A stretch of DNA of 20,389 nucleotides from an uncultured bacterium (GTDB lineage Bacteria > Lernaellota > Lernaellaia > Lernaellales > Lernaellaceae), in assembly GCA_964534375.1 (NCBI GenBank), contig CAZHPN010000107.1:1-20389 (forward strand). The letters run 5' to 3'. The position numbers and the translations under genes are program-made. The notes beneath the pieces were generated by a model that was not told the DNA's origin, made no database searches, and saw only the letters and a program-made list of their open reading frames with translations. Every line of letters starts with the position of its first letter. The stretch's first letter is position 1. Of this stretch, positions 15,834 through 20,389 are shown piece by piece.

Positions 15834-16895
15834 TCAAAATACGCCCATATTCGACAGTTCGCCGTACAACCGGTCGGCGAGATCCTGGTACGCGTTCGGC
15901 CGCGGGTGGCCGTCGGGAAACTCGAAGCTGTTGCGGTCCGGCGTGCCGCGATAGAGCGCCGAGTAGTCGAGCACCTTCACGCCGCAGTCGTCTTTCATGA
16001 AGTAGTACTTCATCTGCAAATGCAGGCCGGCGTTCGGGTAGGCCAAAACGAAGAAACCGGTCGACTCGAACTGCCGCTTGAACGCACGGCACGCTTCCTC
16101 GAACATGCGCGCGGTCAACTCGATGTCGGCGGCGCGGATCTCGGCGGGCCAATCGAGCTTCTTCAGCGTGAACTTCTTGCGCACATTGAACTCGCCGAGC
16201 GGATAATTGTGCAACGGCGGGTGGTCCGCGTCCATCAGGCCGCAGCGCTCCAACCCGCCGTTCGCCGCGGCCTGATAACACGGCACGGTCGTGGTGCGCA
16301 GCCAGTTCAGCCGGCCGATCGCGCGATCCACGTGGTGGTCGATGAAGGTGTACACCAAAAAGCCGCGGCGCTCTTTGATCCCCGGCGCGAACCGCGGATC
16401 GGTCAGCAGCGCCAGGAAATTCGCCGGCCCCCAACTCGGCACGCCGTAGTTGTAGACCTTGATTTTCCGGCCCGCGACATGCTGCGCAAACCGCGCCGGC
16501 AGGGTCTCGTCGTCGTTCACGCCCTGGCCGAAGGTGTTCGAGCAGCCGGCGAAAAGGGCGAAGGAATCGTACGCGGCTTCGGCGGTTTGCGGCGTGACGC
16601 GCCGGCCGAACTCGTCGGTGCGATAACGGACGTCATAAACGCGCTTGCCGTTTTGATCGCACCACGCTTCTTCCTGCGCGCTGGGAACCAGTTTCTGCGA
16701 CAACCAATCGTCGGCTTCGAACAGCGAGTCGCCCGAGCGGCCGCACGACATCACATGCGAGACGCCGCCGCGCCCGGAGTGTTTGACGACGACCGCCGCC
16801 GCCGGCACGCTGACGAGCAGGCCGAGGGCCAGCGCCGCGAGGCGTCGCCAATTTTTCGACCACGCGAATTTGAATCTGGTCGTCAGGCCCGGCAA
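15834..16895 (-). CDS. Membrane-anchored SGNH/GDSL hydrolase-like protein (start uncertain, TTG)
   Basis: N-terminal hydrophobic segment; block I FAGCSNTFGQGV, block II YNYGVPSWGP and block V DGHP. Confidence 0.8.
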   Translation of the reverse strand: MPGLTTRFKFAWSKNWRRLAALALGLLVSVPAAAVVVKHSGRGGVSHVMSCGRSGDSLFEADDWLSQKLVPSAQEEAWCDQNGKRVYDVRYRTDEFGRRVTPQTAEAAYDSFALFAGCSNTFGQGVNDDETLPARFAQHVAGRKIKVYNYGVPSWGPANFLALLTDPRFAPGIKERRGFLVYTFIDHHVDRAIGRLNWLRTTTVPCYQAAANGGLERCGLMDADHPPLHNYPLGEFNVRKKFTLKKLDWPAEIRAADIELTARMFEEACRAFKRQFESTGFFVLAYPNAGLHLQMKYYFMKDDCGVKVLDYSALYRGTPDRNSFEFPDGHPRPNAYQDLADRLYGELSNMGVF

Positions 16896-17013
16896 GCGTC
16901 ACCCGTGGCTGATTTTCCGCGGGCGCGCCCCCGCCCGCCGCTTTCCCGGTCATACACGAAACCGCGATTAATTGAAACACACCGGCCGCCGGCCGCCGGA
17001 CTCCCGCCCTACC

Positions 17014-17044
17014 CCCAGCCTCCCAGCCTCCCAGCCTCTCAGCC
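17014..17044. repeat. 8-bp tandem repeat CCCAGCCT x ~4
   Basis: cccagcct cccagcct cccagcct ctcagcc, lying between divergent genes. Confidence 0.85.
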
Positions 17045-17084
17045 ACCCGTTCAATATTGACGGCAAGACGCAGGCGGCGTAACG

Positions 17085-20000
17085 ATGAGACGAACGACCG
17101 CCTCTGCGAAAGCGCCGATTTCGGGACACGCTGGTGACATATCGATGAGACCGACATCCGACAACCCGGCGCCGCCCGCCGAATTCGCAACGAATGCCGC
17201 CGGATGGTTCGGTGAATTTGCCTCGGGCCGCCGTTCGCGACTCGTCAAAACCGCCGTGCTCGGCGTACTGGTCTGTCTATGGCTTGGGATTTATGCCTGC
17301 CGCCTGCTGACGGTCGGATTTCCGCCCAACGACGTTCGCTTCGTGGGAACGATGGCGGCGGACGTGGTCGACGGATCGCGCCTGCCGCTACGCGCCTATT
17401 GGATTCCCGACTATTCCACCAACGGCCATTTGACCTATGGCGCGTTGCTGACGCCGATCTACGCCGTTTTCGGCTCCCGTTATCTGTGGATCGTTCTGCT
17501 CGGATCGCTGTTGGTCGTGCTCGGCCTGGCGGAATGGGCGTGGGCCGTTTACGGCGCCTGGGGTTTTTCGTGCGCGGCGTTTTTTTTGTGCTTGTGCATC
17601 GGCCCGCCGGCATTTTTCGAGGTGCGCTCCCATCGGTATTTTTGGGGTACGCACATCGAGACGATTTTCTTCTCCGGGGCCGCGCTGCTGCTCTTTCGCC
17701 GCGGGAAAACGCCGACGCCCGGATTCTGGCAAACCGCCGCTCTGGCGATGCTCGCCGCCTGGAGCGTCTCGTTCAACATTCAAAACCTGCCGCTGGTCGC
17801 GACGCTGATCGTGCTCACGGTTTGGCGGCACGGCCGCCTCGGGCTGGTGCGGCTCGCCTGGCCGGCCGCGCCGGTTTTCGCCGGTTTTTCGGCCCTGTTC
17901 CAATTTGTTTTCGGCCAGTATTTGCGGCTGCCGGGCGTCGCCGCGCTGCCGTCCGGCGCGGCGGTCGCGCCGGCCCCGCGCCTGCTGGAAAAGCTGTACG
18001 GGCTGTTTGGCGAGGCGCTGCCGCGGTTCCTGAGTTTTTCGGGGCCGCCGCTGTGGAACGGCAAGTTGGCGCGCTTCGTCGCCCTCGACGGCGAGGCGGC
18101 GACGGCCGCGCTGCCGGCGCTGTTTTACGGGCTCACGCTCGCGGGCCTGGCCGCGGCGGCGGTCGCCGCGCTGTCGCCGCCGCCGAGCGGCTGGCTGAAA
18201 CGCCGGCTCGACCGCCTCTCGTTCGTCGATTGGCAAGCGCACGACGGCGGCCGGCCCGAAGAGAAGGTGTGGCTGACGCGCTTTGTGGCGGTATTGTTCG
18301 CCCTGTGGGTCGGTGCATACGCCGTCGCCGCGTACCGGATCGACCTGCGCGAAATCGATCAGTGCCGCTATTTGCTGCCGATGTATCCGGTGCTCGCCGC
18401 CGCCTTTTGCTACGCGGCGGCGTTCTTGCCCGCCGTCGCGAAATGGCTCATTGGGGCGCTGATCGTCTTCGCCGGGTTGACCGCGTTCGCCGACGCGTGG
18501 ACGTCGCCCGCGGAAAATTGGCGCGAGTTGAACGCGCAACGCGGCGACGACTACGCCTATTTCATCTGGTCGAATCACTGGCGGTCCGTCTTGGCCGACT
18601 TGGGCGGCGGCGAAGCCGCGATTCGGGCGCTGCCGCGCCCCTGGCAGGAATTCGCCTGGATCGCCTTCGGGGCGAATATGCGCGCCGATGAAGCCGCGCG
18701 GTGGCGGGAAAACCCGGGCGATGCCGCAACATCCCCGGCGCGGCGCGACCTGATCGCGACGGGTCGCGGTCAGATGATCGGCGCCCGCCTCTGTTGCAGC
18801 GGCCAATTTGCCGCCGAAGAATTTCCCGCGGGCGCACTGGAAGCGTCGACCGCGGCGGCGCTGTTGGCCGGCATCGGCTATGGTTGTTTTCAAACCAGTT
18901 GCCTCAAATCCAAGCCCGATTGCACGGTCATCGGCATCACGGCGACAACCCAAAGCGAATTCACGCCGGCGACGACCTGCGATCCGCCGAACGTGAACCA
19001 GGAGTTGCGGCTGGCGCAACAACGGCTGGGGCTGTCTTCCGAGCAGGCCCGGGACGCGTTTCTGGCGGGCTTGTCGACGTATCTGGGCGCGACAAATCAA
19101 GCGTTGGACGCCGCGCGGCGCGAACAACTCTGCGGCGCCTGGGCGGCGGTGTTCTCCGCCGATTCGGCGGCCGGCTGTCCGGCCACGTTCCGCGAAGGCT
19201 TGGCGGAGGGTCTGGCCCTGGAGGCGATGAATCATTTCCGCGTAGTGACGCTGCACCCCGATCCCGAGCATTGGCCGCTGGCTTTTCACGCCAGCCTGGC
19301 GGATTGGCCCGCGGTTCGCGCGGCGCTGCAGCGCCGGGGCGTCGCCGCCACGCCGCTGGACGAAACCGGCCGCCGTTACGCCATGCGGTTTCCCGTCGAG
19401 ACCCGCTCGGCGCCGGGGTACGCCGAAACGCCGAAGCCCGGCGCGATGGTCCGGATTCCGGGCGGCGTGTTCGCAATGGGTTGTTCGCCCGACGATGCCG
19501 ACTGCCGCGACGACGAGAAACCGCCGCGGCAAGTGACGGTGAGGCGATTCTGGATGGATCCGACCCCGGTGACGCAGGCGCAATACCGTTCGCAGATTGG
19601 CGTCAATCCGAGCCGTTTCTCGGGTTGCGACGATTGCCCCGTGGCGAACATCAATTGGCGCGAGGCGGACGGGTATTGCAAGCACGTGGGCAAACGCTTG
19701 CCGACCGAGGCCGAATGGGAGTTCGCGGCGCGGGGCGGGACGAAAGCAGCGCGGTACGGCGATCTGGACGCCATCGCCTGGTACGGCGGCGACTCGGGCG
19801 GCCAGCCGCACCCGGTCGCGCAGAAGCAGCCCAACGCCTACGGGCTTTATGACATGTTGGGCAACGTCTGGGAGTGGTGCGCCGACTGGTATGACGCGCA
19901 GCGGCGCTTCGATTGGCGGCGCGTGGCGCGCTGGCCCTGGCGCAACCCGCACGGACCGTGGTCGGGGCAGGAACGGGTGCTGCGCGGCGGGGCCTGGTAC

Positions 20001-20093
20001 GACTATCCCTTTTATGTGCGCGCCTCCGGCCGAAATTGGGACGACCCCGAGTCGCGCAGCGACTACGTCGGTTTCCGCTGCGTGCGGGATTGA
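17085..20093 (+). CDS. Multi-TM GT-C-like (ArnT/PMT-like) membrane protein with a C-terminal FGE-sulfatase / C-type-lectin-fold domain; alternative start 17145
   Basis: Many TM segments in the first ~470 aa with a GT-C-like first loop (ND...A...P.Y...LLTPIYAVFG); this call is tentative. From 19446 a clear FGE-type domain: MVRIPGGVFAMG, RLPTEAEWEFAARGG, PNAYGLYDMLGNVWEW, RVLRGGAW, VGFRC. Confidence 0.85.
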   Translation: MRRTTASAKAPISGHAGDISMRPTSDNPAPPAEFATNAAGWFGEFASGRRSRLVKTAVLGVLVCLWLGIYACRLLTVGFPPNDVRFVGTMAADVVDGSRLPLRAYWIPDYSTNGHLTYGALLTPIYAVFGSRYLWIVLLGSLLVVLGLAEWAWAVYGAWGFSCAAFFLCLCIGPPAFFEVRSHRYFWGTHIETIFFSGAALLLFRRGKTPTPGFWQTAALAMLAAWSVSFNIQNLPLVATLIVLTVWRHGRLGLVRLAWPAAPVFAGFSALFQFVFGQYLRLPGVAALPSGAAVAPAPRLLEKLYGLFGEALPRFLSFSGPPLWNGKLARFVALDGEAATAALPALFYGLTLAGLAAAAVAALSPPPSGWLKRRLDRLSFVDWQAHDGGRPEEKVWLTRFVAVLFALWVGAYAVAAYRIDLREIDQCRYLLPMYPVLAAAFCYAAAFLPAVAKWLIGALIVFAGLTAFADAWTSPAENWRELNAQRGDDYAYFIWSNHWRSVLADLGGGEAAIRALPRPWQEFAWIAFGANMRADEAARWRENPGDAATSPARRDLIATGRGQMIGARLCCSGQFAAEEFPAGALEASTAAALLAGIGYGCFQTSCLKSKPDCTVIGITATTQSEFTPATTCDPPNVNQELRLAQQRLGLSSEQARDAFLAGLSTYLGATNQALDAARREQLCGAWAAVFSADSAAGCPATFREGLAEGLALEAMNHFRVVTLHPDPEHWPLAFHASLADWPAVRAALQRRGVAATPLDETGRRYAMRFPVETRSAPGYAETPKPGAMVRIPGGVFAMGCSPDDADCRDDEKPPRQVTVRRFWMDPTPVTQAQYRSQIGVNPSRFSGCDDCPVANINWREADGYCKHVGKRLPTEAEWEFAARGGTKAARYGDLDAIAWYGGDSGGQPHPVAQKQPNAYGLYDMLGNVWEWCADWYDAQRRFDWRRVARWPWRNPHGPWSGQERVLRGGAWYDYPFYVRASGRNWDDPESRSDYVGFRCVRD

Positions 20094-20100
20094 ATTTTAA

Positions 20101-20183
20101 ACACAGAGCACGCGGAGGAAGACACAGAGAGCACAGAGACAATTGGGATAAGTTTCTGTGTGCGCTCGGTGACACCCTTTGTA
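20101..20183. repeat. CACAGAG/CTCTGTG-family imperfect inverted repeat
   Basis: acacagagcacgcggaggaagacacagagagcacagagac followed by the degenerate complement ttctgtgtgcgctcggtg; same family as 15755-15826. Confidence 0.7.
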
Positions 20184-20243
20184 CTACTTTCGCTCGATTT
20201 CTTGTTTTGGCGCCAAGATTTTCGTTGCGCCGTTGCTGCGCCC

Positions 20244-20288
20244 GGGAATAATGGGACCTATGGGACCAATAGGACCAATGGGACTATC
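20244..20288. repeat. 9-bp-period repeat GGGACC(T/A)AT x5
   Basis: gggaataat gggacctat gggaccaat aggaccaat gggactatc; a reverse-orientation relative of the 10733-10785 repeat. Confidence 0.85.
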
Positions 20289-20347
20289 GGCGCCATGCCC
20301 GTCCACCAACCGGGCGCAATGAAACTACGCAGGCCCCGCGCCGGTTC

Positions 20348-20378
20348 ATTCCGCAATCCGCAATCCGAAATCCGAAAT
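20348..20378. repeat. 7-bp tandem repeat AATCCG(C/A) x ~4
   Basis: attccgc aatccgc aatccga aatccga aat. Confidence 0.85.
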
Positions 20379-20389
20379 TTGGTTGCGGC

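Noticed and set aside
17057..17086. Sigma70 promoter TTGACG-N17-TAACGA
   Set aside because: The -35 is good but the -10 lacks the conserved final T; too weak to call.
17388..19952. 854-aa minus-strand ORF and alternate-frame Arg-rich ORFs
   Set aside because: They overlap the supported 17085..20093 gene and have low-complexity R/A/G/P composition.
19446..20093. Functional formylglycine-generating enzyme or a complete DGR
   Set aside because: The catalytic cysteine pair is absent, and no RT, avd or template repeat is in the window.

Overview
High-GC bacterial window with no rRNA, intact tRNA, CRISPR or transposase. Left to right: (1) the 3' part of an unknown protein that appears paralogous to the middle domain of the last gene; (2) a ~700-bp non-coding stretch with a degenerate tRNA-Arg-like 3' fragment, several hairpins and an AT-rich promoter-like block; (3) a protein joining a type IV prepilin-like N-terminus to an AgmX/PglI (TonB-C-like) domain; (4) a minus-strand cytoplasmic signalling cluster: a CheB-CheR-PAS fusion plus two paralogous HisKA_3 kinases (9 PAS + receiver; PAS-GAF-PAS-GAF), with no MCP, CheA, CheW or output domain; (5) a visibly AT-richer, translationally coupled two-gene cassette (His-rich protein + DUF1828-like protein), a candidate defence or toxin-antitoxin module; (6) an unknown membrane protein and an SGNH-like hydrolase; (7) a GT-C-like membrane protein fused to a non-catalytic FGE/C-type-lectin domain whose C-terminus resembles a DGR variable region. 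Most intergenic gaps hold repeats: a 73-bp tandem array with a dRS3-like ATTCCC-N8-GGGAAT palindrome and several 7-, 8- and 9-bp short-period families. All family calls come from motif recognition by eye; no database search was run.
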